A DNA stretch of 64,000 bases, from NCBI GenBank assembly GCA_963778115.1, contig CAVZSV010000004.1, forward strand, positions 896,001 through 960,000, given 5' to 3'. The position numbers and the translations under genes were made by a program. The notes below the pieces were generated by a model. It made no database searches, was not told where the DNA came from, and saw only the letters and a list, made by a program, of their open reading frames with translations. This document shows positions 39,434 through 49,491 of this stretch, piece after piece; position 1 is the first letter of the stretch; each line of letters opens with the position of its first letter. This DNA comes from an uncultured delta proteobacterium (lineage in GTDB: Bacteria; Bdellovibrionota; FAC87; UBA2466).

Positions 39434-40582
39434 ATGAGAGCCTTCAGCCGCATTCTATGCATTGCGTGGCTTGTGACATCGTGGGCAGCGCTCGCCATCA
39501 CCCCTTCGCCCAAAGCGATGGAAAAGCTGGAGACCTTGCGAAAACGAAGCACGAAGGAGGGATGGACCTTCAGTGTTGCTTATAGTCCCGTGATGGAATA
39601 TCCGGTCCAAAATGTGACGGGCTTCATTCATTCGGATCATTGGAAAAAGCATGCGCTATTTATAAGCCCGCGCATCACGACCCTCCCCACCAATTTTGAT
39701 TGGCGCGATGAAGCGGGAGGTCTCACCCCTATTAAGAATCAAGGGCAATGTGGAAGTTGCTGGGCTTTCGGCACGGTAGCGGTTTTCGAAAACCTGCTCA
39801 AGATACGCGACAACGTCACTAAGAGTTTAAGTGAACAGCAGTTGGTTTCCTGTAACGACCAGGGCTGGAGCTGCAACGGGGGTGAGTTCGCGCACGATAT
39901 GCACGTCAATCCCGGAGCCGCTTTAACGTCGGATTTCCCCTACACCGCCAGCGATAGCGACTGTAAGCCCGGACTGACGTATACGGGACAGATCCAAAGC
40001 TGGGCCTATATCAGCGGTTCGGCCGACTCCACTCCCACGACAGAGCAGATCAAGCAGGCCATTCATGATGACGGTCCTGTTTCCATCACGGTATCGGCTA
40101 CCGATAGTTTCCAAGCGTATAGCGGCGGAATTTATAATGCTAACGACGGATCGGAGACCAACCACTTGGTAGCACTGGTCGGATATAACGACGACGGGCA
40201 GTATTGGATCCTAAGAAATAGTTGGGGGGCTTCCTGGGGCGAAGACGGCTATATGAGAATTAAGTACGGAACCAATAGCGTTGCCCAACAGGCAGCATTC
40301 GTAAATTACAAATCAGCGTGCACACCTCAGCCAATTCCATACGTGGGAAACGATCAGACCATCCAATCGGGACAGTCGGTCTTTATCGGAGGCATGGCGG
40401 TCATCGGGCAAACCTATGCCTGGACTCCCACGACGGGCCTGGACGATCCCACATCATCTTCGCCGTTAGCCTCGCCAACGGCGACGACCACCTATACGGT
40501 AAAAGCGACGAACGATTGCGGTACGGCCACACAATCGGTGACGGTCACCGTATCGGCGAATATGCCCAAGCGAACCCATTAA
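39434..40582 (+). CDS. Secreted papain-family (C1A) cysteine protease with C-terminal Ig-like domain
   Basis: Signal peptide; FDWR, QGQCGSCWAF, LSEQQLV, NHLVALVGY, ILRNSWG, WGEDGY. Confidence 0.93.
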   Translation: MRAFSRILCIAWLVTSWAALAITPSPKAMEKLETLRKRSTKEGWTFSVAYSPVMEYPVQNVTGFIHSDHWKKHALFISPRITTLPTNFDWRDEAGGLTPIKNQGQCGSCWAFGTVAVFENLLKIRDNVTKSLSEQQLVSCNDQGWSCNGGEFAHDMHVNPGAALTSDFPYTASDSDCKPGLTYTGQIQSWAYISGSADSTPTTEQIKQAIHDDGPVSITVSATDSFQAYSGGIYNANDGSETNHLVALVGYNDDGQYWILRNSWGASWGEDGYMRIKYGTNSVAQQAAFVNYKSACTPQPIPYVGNDQTIQSGQSVFIGGMAVIGQTYAWTPTTGLDDPTSSSPLASPTATTTYTVKATNDCGTATQSVTVTVSANMPKRTH

Positions 40583-40651
40583 GTCTTCGTTATTGATAAA
40601 CATCGGAGAATCCCCTTGCCTGTATCACCGCACCTTGTAGTTTAGCGGGCG

Positions 40652-41548
40652 ATGGCAGGACGCACTTACCTTATTATCGGAAACGGGGCCTTGGGTACCG
40701 GTGTAGCGGCCCATCTCCATTTGATGGGGATGGTTCCCAGGCTTCTCTCGCGCCGAGGCCCAGAAGCGATACGATCGCGAGTCGAACAGTCTCCTCTAGG
40801 AGATGTCGAACTCTCGCTCCCCGAACTAAGTCGCTGGGAAGCCAGCCAAGCCCAGGCTATCTTAGTCACGGTAAAAGCCCATCAACTTAGACTCGCCCTT
40901 TTGCAGCATTTGCCTTCCCTTCCGAAGTCCGCTCCTATTATAAGTTTAGGTAACGGCGCTATCGATGAAGAGTTAAAATTTCTCTCACGCCAATTTCCCG
41001 ATCGCAAATTTCGCTGGGGGACCACCACATTAGCCGTGACACGCCTTGGGGAAAGCGTTTTTTCATTTAGAAACCCCAAAGCGACCATCACGTGGGGCCC
41101 TCTCGTGCCATCCGAGGACGACCCTCTCGAAGGAGAACGACAACTCTTAACCCATTCTCCTTCTTTGTTTCGCTGGGAAAATGATCCGATCACGTCTGGG
41201 AGAAGAAAGTGGCTCTTCAACACGGTTCTGAACTCTCTAGCAGCCAGTGAATCGGCCCCGACCAACGGATCGCTCCTCTTACACCGCGAACGACTCGATA
41301 TCCTATTTCAAGAGGCTTTCGAGTTGGGAGAACTACACTGGGGTCCCTGGCGACAACCCAAAAACGAACTTTTCGAACAGCTCTTGGATTTGATTGAAAA
41401 GACTCACGACAATGAAAATTCCATGGCTCAAGACATTCGTTTAGGAAAGGTGACCGAGACCGATTTTCTGGCGGGAATCGCCCGGCGCTACCCCGGATTT
41501 GAAATGCTAAAATTATTGCAGGAAAAGCTTTCGGGCTTTCACAGCTAA
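40652..41548 (+). CDS. Ketopantoate reductase (PanE/ApbA)-like oxidoreductase
   Basis: IIGNGALG, LVTVKA, LGNG, KWLFN..LN, NSMAQDI..G..TETDFL. Confidence 0.8.
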   Translation: MAGRTYLIIGNGALGTGVAAHLHLMGMVPRLLSRRGPEAIRSRVEQSPLGDVELSLPELSRWEASQAQAILVTVKAHQLRLALLQHLPSLPKSAPIISLGNGAIDEELKFLSRQFPDRKFRWGTTTLAVTRLGESVFSFRNPKATITWGPLVPSEDDPLEGERQLLTHSPSLFRWENDPITSGRRKWLFNTVLNSLAASESAPTNGSLLLHRERLDILFQEAFELGELHWGPWRQPKNELFEQLLDLIEKTHDNENSMAQDIRLGKVTETDFLAGIARRYPGFEMLKLLQEKLSGFHS

Positions 41549-43641
41549 AAAAATACCGAAGCCGTCGCTTGAATATTCAAAGGAGTTCCGGAAATGAAAT
41601 TGACGTCTTGTTCTGCCGCGGCTTCCGTTGATAAACGAGAGGTTCCTAAGGTTTCTAGCTCTCTCCATTGCGTATTGAAAAGATTAAGAGCCCCAAGACT
41701 AATCTCGAAAGCCTTCGCGCGGTAGCCTAACATCGCATCCACTCTGAGATAACCGTCCGCCGTCACCGATCCGTCGGTAGTGGCCGCCATCTGCCCGACT
41801 TGGGTCAGTGCTAACCTGGCAAAGTAACCTTTCGGGTGCTTGGCCACCAAACTCGCTGACGCCACCATCGAAGGGGTAAACGGAACGCAATTATTATTGC
41901 CCGGCATATTGTCTAAAGTTGCTTTATCCAAAGTGACAGCCCCTTCCACGGCCAACCATTCAAGAAGCTGATACTTCACCCGCCCTTCAACTCCCCAACG
42001 CGTGTTAGGCCCTATCGTGGCCAGAGTTTCATAGAGCGGATCATAGGCTAATTCCGTTCCTATTCCCAAAGAGAACCCGGTAACCTCCCACTTCCAACGA
42101 TCGGTCTTTGCCGTCACTCCCATTTCGTAGCTAGCCACTCGGGTCACATAGTTGTCTTTGTCGCCAGACAACAAAACGGCTTGGGCATCATTCGTATGAT
42201 AAGAGAGGCCCGTACGCAGAAAGATCTCCACATTTTTGGAGGGCATCACTACAATTCCTGTCTTGGGGGCTGCCACTAGCACCGTATCGCCGCCACTAGG
42301 GCCGATATCGTGAGTGCTCCTATCGTCATCGACGTTATAGGCCAGCATTTCGACACGAAGAGCAGCAATACTTTTTAGCCACTTTGTCCAATAGATGTCT
42401 TGTTCGGCATAGGCGGCCGCATTCTTGGTTTGGATGTTATCGGCAGCAACATTCGATAGTCTCACTCGGGAATCGTCGGCATAGACCGATCGTGAAATAA
42501 GATCTGCCCGTAACTGAACGCCCAAGTAGGTATCAAAGCCTATCTCACTCTTTCTTTGATCGATGCGATACGTTCCGTTAATTCCCAAGATAGTTCTGTC
42601 GTCGATTCCTTCACGCTCATCCCCCGTAGTCGAATTAAGAGCGAAAAGAGACTCGTTGGAGAAGACCGTAAAGTCGGAGCGAGTCGCATAACCCGTTAAC
42701 GTCAACGTTTGATCTCGAGCGGTCGGCGTCTTATACACAGCCACTCCGCCAAATCTTTGAGTACTTCCCCCCTGTGAAGGGTCGAGAGAGGCCAAAGAGC
42801 TGACACCGCCGGTAATGACCGCTCGGGTGGGCAAAAATCCAGGAGTATTCCAATCCGAGGAGTGACCCATGAAGGTCAAAGAGAGTTCAGTTCCGTGGGA
42901 ATCAAAAGCGTGGGTCAATCGCGTGAAAAGATTGTAGCGCGAAAGCCCTTCCGAATTTTGGTAGGGGCCAGCCGTTTTATAGTACTCAGCGGCCACAAGG
43001 GGCTGCCAGCTTCCCCCGGCCGAAGCGAGGGCTACTCCTCGCAGGCTACTATCCATTCCCGAACCCAGCATAAGAGCGCTTTGAGGAAGCTGGCGGCGCA
43101 AAATAATGTCGGCCGAGCCCACCGCGCCAAAATCACCGAGGGAAGGGTTAAGCCCTCCTCGCTCTACGTTTACGGTTTCTACCAGTTCTGGAATCACGAA
43201 GTGAAGATCCGCGTAGCCCTGAGAACGGACTTGGCTGGGATTATTTACCGAAATGCCGTCAACCGAAACAGAGATATCCTTTCCCTGCCCTGCATTCACG
43301 CCGCGCATGAAATACGAATCCGCCTCTCCGTCGGTTCGAATGGAGGAGGTAAGAGAATTAACCCCGTTAAGAGGAAACAGAGGGCTCCAATGGGAAAGAT
43401 TGAGATCTCGAGATTCTACTTGAAGGGGAGTTTCCGCTTCTCGCCTATCGGCGCGCGCTTTTAACATCTCTTCTCTAAGACGCGAAGCTTCAGCCGAAAT
43501 ATCGGCTTCACTCATCTGCTGATGATCGGTCTTGGAATCGACGCCCTGAAACTCCGCCAAAGAGTCACCGAGAGCCTCGGATTGGAGGAAAACACAAGCT
43601 AGGGCACAGACCATCCCTACAATCCCCACCCCTTGACGCAT
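41545..43641 (-). CDS. TonB-dependent receptor
   Basis: Plug motifs YFMRG, VDG..VN, IPELVE.V.V.RG; beta-barrel; NLFN; terminal Phe. Start is probably ATG 43641. Confidence 0.9.
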   Translation of the reverse strand: MRQGVGIVGMVCALACVFLQSEALGDSLAEFQGVDSKTDHQQMSEADISAEASRLREEMLKARADRREAETPLQVESRDLNLSHWSPLFPLNGVNSLTSSIRTDGEADSYFMRGVNAGQGKDISVSVDGISVNNPSQVRSQGYADLHFVIPELVETVNVERGGLNPSLGDFGAVGSADIILRRQLPQSALMLGSGMDSSLRGVALASAGGSWQPLVAAEYYKTAGPYQNSEGLSRYNLFTRLTHAFDSHGTELSLTFMGHSSDWNTPGFLPTRAVITGGVSSLASLDPSQGGSTQRFGGVAVYKTPTARDQTLTLTGYATRSDFTVFSNESLFALNSTTGDEREGIDDRTILGINGTYRIDQRKSEIGFDTYLGVQLRADLISRSVYADDSRVRLSNVAADNIQTKNAAAYAEQDIYWTKWLKSIAALRVEMLAYNVDDDRSTHDIGPSGGDTVLVAAPKTGIVVMPSKNVEIFLRTGLSYHTNDAQAVLLSGDKDNYVTRVASYEMGVTAKTDRWKWEVTGFSLGIGTELAYDPLYETLATIGPNTRWGVEGRVKYQLLEWLAVEGAVTLDKATLDNMPGNNNCVPFTPSMVASASLVAKHPKGYFARLALTQVGQMAATTDGSVTADGYLRVDAMLGYRAKAFEISLGALNLFNTQWRELETLGTSRLSTEAAAEQDVNFISGTPLNIQATASVFF

Positions 43642-43701
43642 GCTTTCCCCCTGTCGGCTGATTATGACAACGCGGGACTGTGCCAGCAAGAGGATTAAGG
43701 A

Positions 43702-45252
43702 TTAATCCTGAGTCAAAGCATAACCATCTTGAGTACATACCAAATCGTACTTGGCGTTATCCTTCTCAATAGCCAATAGCTTGCTTAGACTATCCTGCCG
43801 GGCCGCTTCTTCCGTATCTCCAGATCCAATCAGCTTTGCATTGTTACGAGCGAGGAAATAACTATCATGGCCCTGATAATAACCTCGACAGATCCAGCCC
43901 GGCTTAAATTTAACCCTCCGGGGTTTTTGCCCTCGCTCGCACGTTACGCTTCCTTGGGCTATCTCGCCGCGGGTCGTAGGATAGTCTTCGGCACTTTTCC
44001 CCTCGGCATGGATCGTTTTGCTTTCCGTGGCCGCATAAACAGCCGCACATTTTTTCGATAAGGCCTGTCTAGCGTTCCAAGCAAAAAGACCGGCCGACGC
44101 CGCAAGCGCAGTTCCCGTAATGAAGTTTTCGTGCATATAAGCTCGTTCGGCACCGGGAGGAATGGGCCCGTCGATAAAGACGTAGGACCTTTCAGTTCGA
44201 GTCACCGGATCGTATGACCAGACCAAGGACTCTGTTCCAGTGGCCAAATAGAAGGAGTAGCCTTTACAAAATCCGGTGCAGTACCACTTTTGGTTTTTAT
44301 TCTCTTCCGTGTTTATCGTTTGATCCGTATCATCGTCGCTTATGCAAAAAGAGACCGTCGGCTTGGAAAAATCCGACTCCCTCATGGGATTGGCGGTTTC
44401 ATCAAACCCTTTGGGAAACCCTTCGGGAAGTTTCTTGATATGCACACGATTTAGGGAGACGGGATTCCCCGGGTTTACTATCGCCCAGACCGGAATAGAA
44501 CGTTCTGGCCATTCCAGAGTGAGATCTTGGAAAAAGATCTGCCCACTATCATCAACTTTCCAATACTCCGTTTTGTGGCCGAGTTTACCCTCGCCGTTTT
44601 TGCCCTGAAACATTTCTAAGATTTCGGCTTTCAGTGGAGTTCTCCACGGGAAGCTGCAAAACTCATTATTTTCTGTTTGATTAAGCCCTTGTTGGAACTT
44701 CCAGCTTTGTCCTGCACTCCGCCAGATCACCGGTTTGGAGAAAGATTTCGTAACTTTCAAGTAGGTAACCCTTTGGTGGCTCGAATTGAGAGTCCTCGTC
44801 CGCTCGGGTGCTAGGTATTCCAAAATCTGGGTATCGCCTTGCACTTTGAGGCCTAGGGTTTTCGCAAAAATTTGGGCCTCGTGATCTTCCAAGTCATTCT
44901 TGGAAGCGGTTCGGTTCGCCAAAACCCTCTGGCGACGACGCAGATGCCACTGAATCGAATACTCAGCGGTGTTTAGCGAAGCTTCCGACTCGGGCACTCC
45001 GTTTAAAAGATTTAGATGCTTCGAGTAGTCCGCGTACGCAATGGAAAACGGCTGTGGATAACGCGAGGCACATTTTCGCGTTAGCGGTTGGGACGAATTC
45101 GCCGAGCACTCCCTATAATTAACTTGCCCGTTTTCCAGATAGACGATTTTGGGGACCGGTCCGTCGGAGTCCAGAAGGATATCCGCAAATGCCTCTATTC
45201 CAGCTAATAAACCAAGACCTAAACAAACCGCCTTGCACGTTTCCAAGCGCAT
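43702..45252 (-). CDS. Secreted Cys-containing hypothetical protein
   Basis: 516 aa, signal peptide (AFA-D), GGAGG SD, several paired cysteines. Confidence 0.75.
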   Translation of the reverse strand: MRLETCKAVCLGLGLLAGIEAFADILLDSDGPVPKIVYLENGQVNYRECSANSSQPLTRKCASRYPQPFSIAYADYSKHLNLLNGVPESEASLNTAEYSIQWHLRRRQRVLANRTASKNDLEDHEAQIFAKTLGLKVQGDTQILEYLAPERTRTLNSSHQRVTYLKVTKSFSKPVIWRSAGQSWKFQQGLNQTENNEFCSFPWRTPLKAEILEMFQGKNGEGKLGHKTEYWKVDDSGQIFFQDLTLEWPERSIPVWAIVNPGNPVSLNRVHIKKLPEGFPKGFDETANPMRESDFSKPTVSFCISDDDTDQTINTEENKNQKWYCTGFCKGYSFYLATGTESLVWSYDPVTRTERSYVFIDGPIPPGAERAYMHENFITGTALAASAGLFAWNARQALSKKCAAVYAATESKTIHAEGKSAEDYPTTRGEIAQGSVTCERGQKPRRVKFKPGWICRGYYQGHDSYFLARNNAKLIGSGDTEEAARQDSLSKLLAIEKDNAKYDLVCTQDGYALTQD

Positions 45253-45507
45253 GGAACCTCCACTGATGGGGCACGCTTATCATGCGTCGCGTCATAAGTA
45301 AAAGCCGCCTCGGTTCTGGAAATACAGAGTATCCAACGAGCATACGTCGTATGCCCAAACAACCGATTGCCCTAAATTGTCACCTTCCGCGCATTCTCAA
45401 AGTGGATAGCCGCATTTCGTGCGGGAACGGACTGGCAAGCTGACGCATGGTTTTTGCTTTCCAAAGGAACGAACGGTTTCTCAAGGTGAAAGGAAGTTGG
45501 AGCTGCT

Positions 45508-46536
45508 ATGCGGTTGTCTTTGAAATCGCCGTTTCTAAATACGGCGTTGGGGTTAATTGCCATCCTGGCAGTAAGTGCCTGCGGAAACAACAATAACTCC
45601 AACCTTCAATCGGGTACTGCCAACACCCCTTTGCCCGCCAATACCACGAGACTTCAGTTTATCGAACAGTTTCCTGTTTTGAATTCTGATCAAACCCTTA
45701 GTCGGCCCTTGATTCAGGGCGTAGGAACGACTCCAGTAGGAGTTCTGTTGGGTTTTCTGCCGGACAATACGGTTTCCTACTGCACGATCACCCACATTAC
45801 TCCGGGCAGAGTTTTAACTAACGCCCACTGTGTCGAATCGGACAGTAATCCTTTGGATTATTATGTGCTGTTTTACAATCAAGCAGGCCAACAGATTTCA
45901 ACGGGGGTGGTCGATTTTCGCTCCGTGGGAAGCAGCCAAAACGCGGATTACGCCGTCCTTGATATCCCCTCCGTGGCGGCTGCTCAGTGGGATACTGCGG
46001 GCGCACAACTCAATGTGCTGGGAGGAATCAACGCTCAACCCGCCCAATCAGTACCCGTTACCATTTGGAGTTTCGATCCGATCAACACCCAGGACGCTAA
46101 CGGCAACTACATCTATTCCAATTTGTACCAGCAGTATAACCAACACGCGGGAATGATCTTAAATCCAAAGACCTGTTCAGGGTCTCGAACTATTCCTCAA
46201 GTCTATGGATACGGCGGACAGTCGTCGCAAGACGGTACCGCTATCACCGCGGCGCAAGTGAACGCAAATATTCATGTGATGTTGGACGGCTGCACTGTCA
46301 ATGGAGGCATGAATCCGGTGCATGGAAATAGCGGCTCACTGATGACGATTGCCGGTAACTTCAACTTGAAAGTAGGCGTCTATCACTGGGGTATAGGATT
46401 AAGCGATCCTACCGTCTATGGTTCGTACCAATACTTCGGCAACGCGAACCAGTGGCTAACCCTGCAACCCTACGCCGGTCTCGAATTCTACCAAGTAGGA
46501 ACTTCGATAGATCAATTCGCCCAATTCTTTTATTAG
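45508..46536 (+). CDS. Trypsin-like serine protease lipoprotein
   Basis: Lipobox VSAC; LTNAHCV, DYAVL, HGNSGS catalytic triad motifs. Confidence 0.85.
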   Translation: MRLSLKSPFLNTALGLIAILAVSACGNNNNSNLQSGTANTPLPANTTRLQFIEQFPVLNSDQTLSRPLIQGVGTTPVGVLLGFLPDNTVSYCTITHITPGRVLTNAHCVESDSNPLDYYVLFYNQAGQQISTGVVDFRSVGSSQNADYAVLDIPSVAAAQWDTAGAQLNVLGGINAQPAQSVPVTIWSFDPINTQDANGNYIYSNLYQQYNQHAGMILNPKTCSGSRTIPQVYGYGGQSSQDGTAITAAQVNANIHVMLDGCTVNGGMNPVHGNSGSLMTIAGNFNLKVGVYHWGIGLSDPTVYGSYQYFGNANQWLTLQPYAGLEFYQVGTSIDQFAQFFY

Positions 46537-47009
46537 ATTTTTTCTGGACTTCCCAAAGCTAGAACTTTCTTAAACTCCGAAGCCGTGACTGGCTGGACGG
46601 ATAGTCTTGAACCATTTTTCAATACCATCATGTCTTTCAGACCGGGCTCGGCTTTCATCAGAGAACGCGTAACCAGGGTCTTCATCTTATGAGTCGCCTT
46701 AACATCCACCATAATCCAGGGAGACTCCGCTGTTTTTTTGGCGCGCTCGTCATAGTAAGGACTTTTGGGATCTAAAGCCGTTTGATCCGGATAACCGGCC
46801 TTTACCACTTCAGCCACCCCCGCCACGGCGGGATCATCGGTGTTGCTGTGGTAAATCAGGACTTGATCTCCCACTTTGAAATTGTCTCGCATCAAATTGC
46901 GCGCTTGGTAGTTGCGAACCCCCTCCCAATGCGTAGTCCGTTTGGGCGAGTTCATCAGATCCTCGAAAGAAAAAACGTCCGGTTCCGTTTTCATCAACCA
47001 AAATGCCAT
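46533..47009 (-). CDS. EVE domain protein
   Basis: FWLMKTEP, WEGVRNYQARN, YHS, DPKSPYYD, RLSVQPV. Start is ATG 47009. Confidence 0.95.
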   Translation of the reverse strand: MAFWLMKTEPDVFSFEDLMNSPKRTTHWEGVRNYQARNLMRDNFKVGDQVLIYHSNTDDPAVAGVAEVVKAGYPDQTALDPKSPYYDERAKKTAESPWIMVDVKATHKMKTLVTRSLMKAEPGLKDMMVLKNGSRLSVQPVTASEFKKVLALGSPEKI

Positions 47010-47086
47010 GAGAGTCGATAGCACAGTCTGTTTAGGACTTCAAAAAAAGCAGACGGTCTGATCTTCGGGCGTGGGTGGATGGACTA

Positions 47087-47109
47087 ATGACGCCCCCAAG
47101 GAGCGCTCC
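47087..47109 (-). repeat. REP-like palindromic repeat, copy 2 (2 mismatches)
   Basis: ATGACGCCCCCAAGGAGCGCTCC versus ATGACGCTCCGAAGGAGCGCTCC at 56803-56825. Confidence 0.6.
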
Positions 47110-47194
47110 TTTAATGTGACAAAGAGCAGGAATGGAATAAGTTCAGCTATCTTATCGAACCCTTAAGGGAAATCCTATTATCACAGACGCCCTA

Positions 47195-47223
47195 TTGAAA
47201 CTCCCTTTTCAACCTGCTAGGTT
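47195..47223 (+). promoter_or_regulatory. sigma70-type promoter with extended -10
   Basis: TTGAAA-N17-TAGGTT with TG-n just before the -10; upstream of the 750-aa ORF. Confidence 0.45.
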
Positions 47224-47238
47224 GGCGCACCTTTTTTA

Positions 47239-49491
47239 TTGGCGGTGAACGTGCGCTTTCTTCTAGCTGTTGCCCTATTTTTCTCTGCTCTGGGTAGAGC
47301 AGACTTATTGATCGAACCTGAAAATGCCCACGACTTCGGGCTATCGTTCAGCCAAAACGCGAATGTTTTCCGAATCACTCCCGACGATATCCCTTGGATG
47401 GATGGAGACGTCTTGCGCGAGCGGTATGAGCTATTTCGAGGCCATAGCGATGATGAAATAAAACTCTTCCTATCTGGGCAACCCGTAGCCCATTTAACCG
47501 CTCTGCAATCCGCGTGGGACGGAATCTTGATGGAAGTCCAGGCCGAGCCGATAGGTCAAATCGAAGTCACCCATCCGGTGCATTACGTCCGGGGTGATTT
47601 TATTCAGATGGTCATTCAAAGCTTATTCGGGGCTCAGGTCATCGGCAATTTGGACGGAAAAGGCTCGGGGCTAAGTCCCGAGGGAGAGGCTATGTTAAGA
47701 GCCTATGAACGACCGCTTGCCTACATCCTCGGCAAGGATCCGTTTCCCGAAGATTTTAGGACGGATTTCTCTATTCATCACATGATCTCCGATTTGAACC
47801 GCGCCATCGTCGCCTTTCGAACTACCAAAGCCGCGATTGAAGCAGCCATCCAAAAAGCAAAAACGGAGGAAGAGATCCGAGGCTGGAAACACTCGCTAGC
47901 TCAGCGCGCGGAGCTCCCGCTGCAATTCGCACAACTGCTAAGAGCGAATTTGCGTCGACTGACATCGGGAATGAAAGTTACGGAGGCCGATCGCAAAACC
48001 CTACTTCAGCTATTGCGTAGTATGGACTATACCCACGGCCTCTTTCCCTTAGAGCGTGGATTTAAGGAGAGCATGATGGGAGTTGCCCATCAAATAACCT
48101 TCGATCGGTACAACAAAGTGCACGGAACCGATTTCAAAATTATTCGCCCCATGTTCTTAGTAAAGCTCCCTGTCCAGATTCTTCTGGCCAACGGACAAAA
48201 ACAACAGGCGGGAATATTATACCGAGAGCCCCATTGGCGGGCCTATTCGAATTTCGACGTATTCCGCTCCCAAATGCCGTCCGACATTGTGGGTGGCGTT
48301 TTAAGGGGCGGCATGCAATTTGACATCTTCGGTCGAATGGTGGATTTGGAGCTGCCGGAAATTAAGCTTCCCCCTCTCTCCAGCATTACCGGTTTCGACT
48401 CCGCCACGGGAACGCATCCCATCGATTTTAAGGCAACGATGGCAACTCGGGCTTACCTCAGTGGCGACAAAACGGCGATGCCAAAACTCGAAGCTGAAAT
48501 TCGCTCTTTGGCCTCAAAGATCATTATTCCTTCTGTTCCTTCCCACAAGCCTCCCAAATATCCGCAAAGAGAGGCTCAATTTAGAACAGTGCTAAACGAA
48601 GTCGCCAAGCAAAGCAGACAGGCTCCTTCGGAATCTTTAGTGGCCGAGCTTAGAGAACTTCTTCTAACGACCGAAGTTATCAATGAACGCAAAGAGGTTT
48701 TGCTCCTGAAAATAATTGAACGTAATTTGGATATGGGAAGCAAACTTTTAATGGAAGTGATCGATTGGGAAATGCAGCGAAGTCTCGATGCTGCCAAGAG
48801 ACGACGTCAGACGGTACAAGTCGATGGACGTTGGCTCGCAGGCCCCATTCGCAATATTCTCTTTTCCATGGACCCCACTGAGATGATGGGAGGAAATTCC
48901 GAGGGAGGAGTTTCAGCGGGAAGAGCTTTTATTAGAGAGCTGAGGACCCGTCACAAGACCCTCTATCATTCGCTCCAGCATCTCTCGACGGGACTATTCA
49001 AAAAGATTTTCTTATTGGTTGGGATTCCTATTGACCAAATTTATGAAGGACACCCTCTGTGCACCGTCTGCCAGACCGCGGTCGATCTCGTCTTGCATAT
49101 GCAAGAATCCCTCGCCGAAGAGACGGAGACCGAAAGAGCAGAAGAAAAGTGGGATAAAGTTTTTTCAGTCACGATTCAGGGACAAGAGTTATCCGTGAAG
49201 GAGTTCTGGGCACGCATTGGAACCCTCTTCGGCTTGCAACAGGCCGCAATTATCGTTGCGGGGATAATGAGCGGAGAGGTCGTCCATGATCGGATCTTAG
49301 AGTACCTCGATCCCCAGGATACTTCCCGTATCCGTGCCGCCCATGCCGAAGCCCGTGCTCAACTCGAGGCCATGAAACCTCAGATAGAAGCGATGAAAGA
49401 GATGCAGCGGATGGCTGAGTCCTGCGGCGGACAGGTGATGATGGTAGGCAATCAGCCTTTCGTCATTATCAGTGGCGGAAAACGCAGGTAA
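47239..49491 (+). CDS. Secreted hypothetical protein, possible SelO/kinase-like N-terminal domain
   Basis: Signal peptide; LDGKGSG, HGLFPL...KE, AGILYRE, GRMVDLE. The ORF is clear but the functional call is weak. Confidence 0.7.
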   Translation: MAVNVRFLLAVALFFSALGRADLLIEPENAHDFGLSFSQNANVFRITPDDIPWMDGDVLRERYELFRGHSDDEIKLFLSGQPVAHLTALQSAWDGILMEVQAEPIGQIEVTHPVHYVRGDFIQMVIQSLFGAQVIGNLDGKGSGLSPEGEAMLRAYERPLAYILGKDPFPEDFRTDFSIHHMISDLNRAIVAFRTTKAAIEAAIQKAKTEEEIRGWKHSLAQRAELPLQFAQLLRANLRRLTSGMKVTEADRKTLLQLLRSMDYTHGLFPLERGFKESMMGVAHQITFDRYNKVHGTDFKIIRPMFLVKLPVQILLANGQKQQAGILYREPHWRAYSNFDVFRSQMPSDIVGGVLRGGMQFDIFGRMVDLELPEIKLPPLSSITGFDSATGTHPIDFKATMATRAYLSGDKTAMPKLEAEIRSLASKIIIPSVPSHKPPKYPQREAQFRTVLNEVAKQSRQAPSESLVAELRELLLTTEVINERKEVLLLKIIERNLDMGSKLLMEVIDWEMQRSLDAAKRRRQTVQVDGRWLAGPIRNILFSMDPTEMMGGNSEGGVSAGRAFIRELRTRHKTLYHSLQHLSTGLFKKIFLLVGIPIDQIYEGHPLCTVCQTAVDLVLHMQESLAEETETERAEEKWDKVFSVTIQGQELSVKEFWARIGTLFGLQQAAIIVAGIMSGEVVHDRILEYLDPQDTSRIRAAHAEARAQLEAMKPQIEAMKEMQRMAESCGGQVMMVGNQPFVIISGGKRR

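Noticed and set aside
42862..43464. 200-aa plus-strand ORF
   Set aside because: Antisense to the TonB-dependent receptor; no motifs.
43670..43686. sigma54-like TGGCAC upstream of the TonB receptor
   Set aside because: GG-to-GC spacing is 9 rather than 10, and TTGC is absent.
43702..43745. C-terminal Cys motif in the 516-aa secreted protein (LVCTQDG)
   Set aside because: Lacks the upstream Arg and the hydrophobic residue at +4; probably a structural disulfide.
45340..45354. Short palindrome GCATACG-T-CGTATGC in a divergent intergenic region
   Set aside because: Only 7-bp arms and a single occurrence; could be chance.
46533..47009. EVE protein as part of a modification-dependent defence system
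   Set aside because: Stand-alone EVE with no adjacent nuclease or toxin gene.
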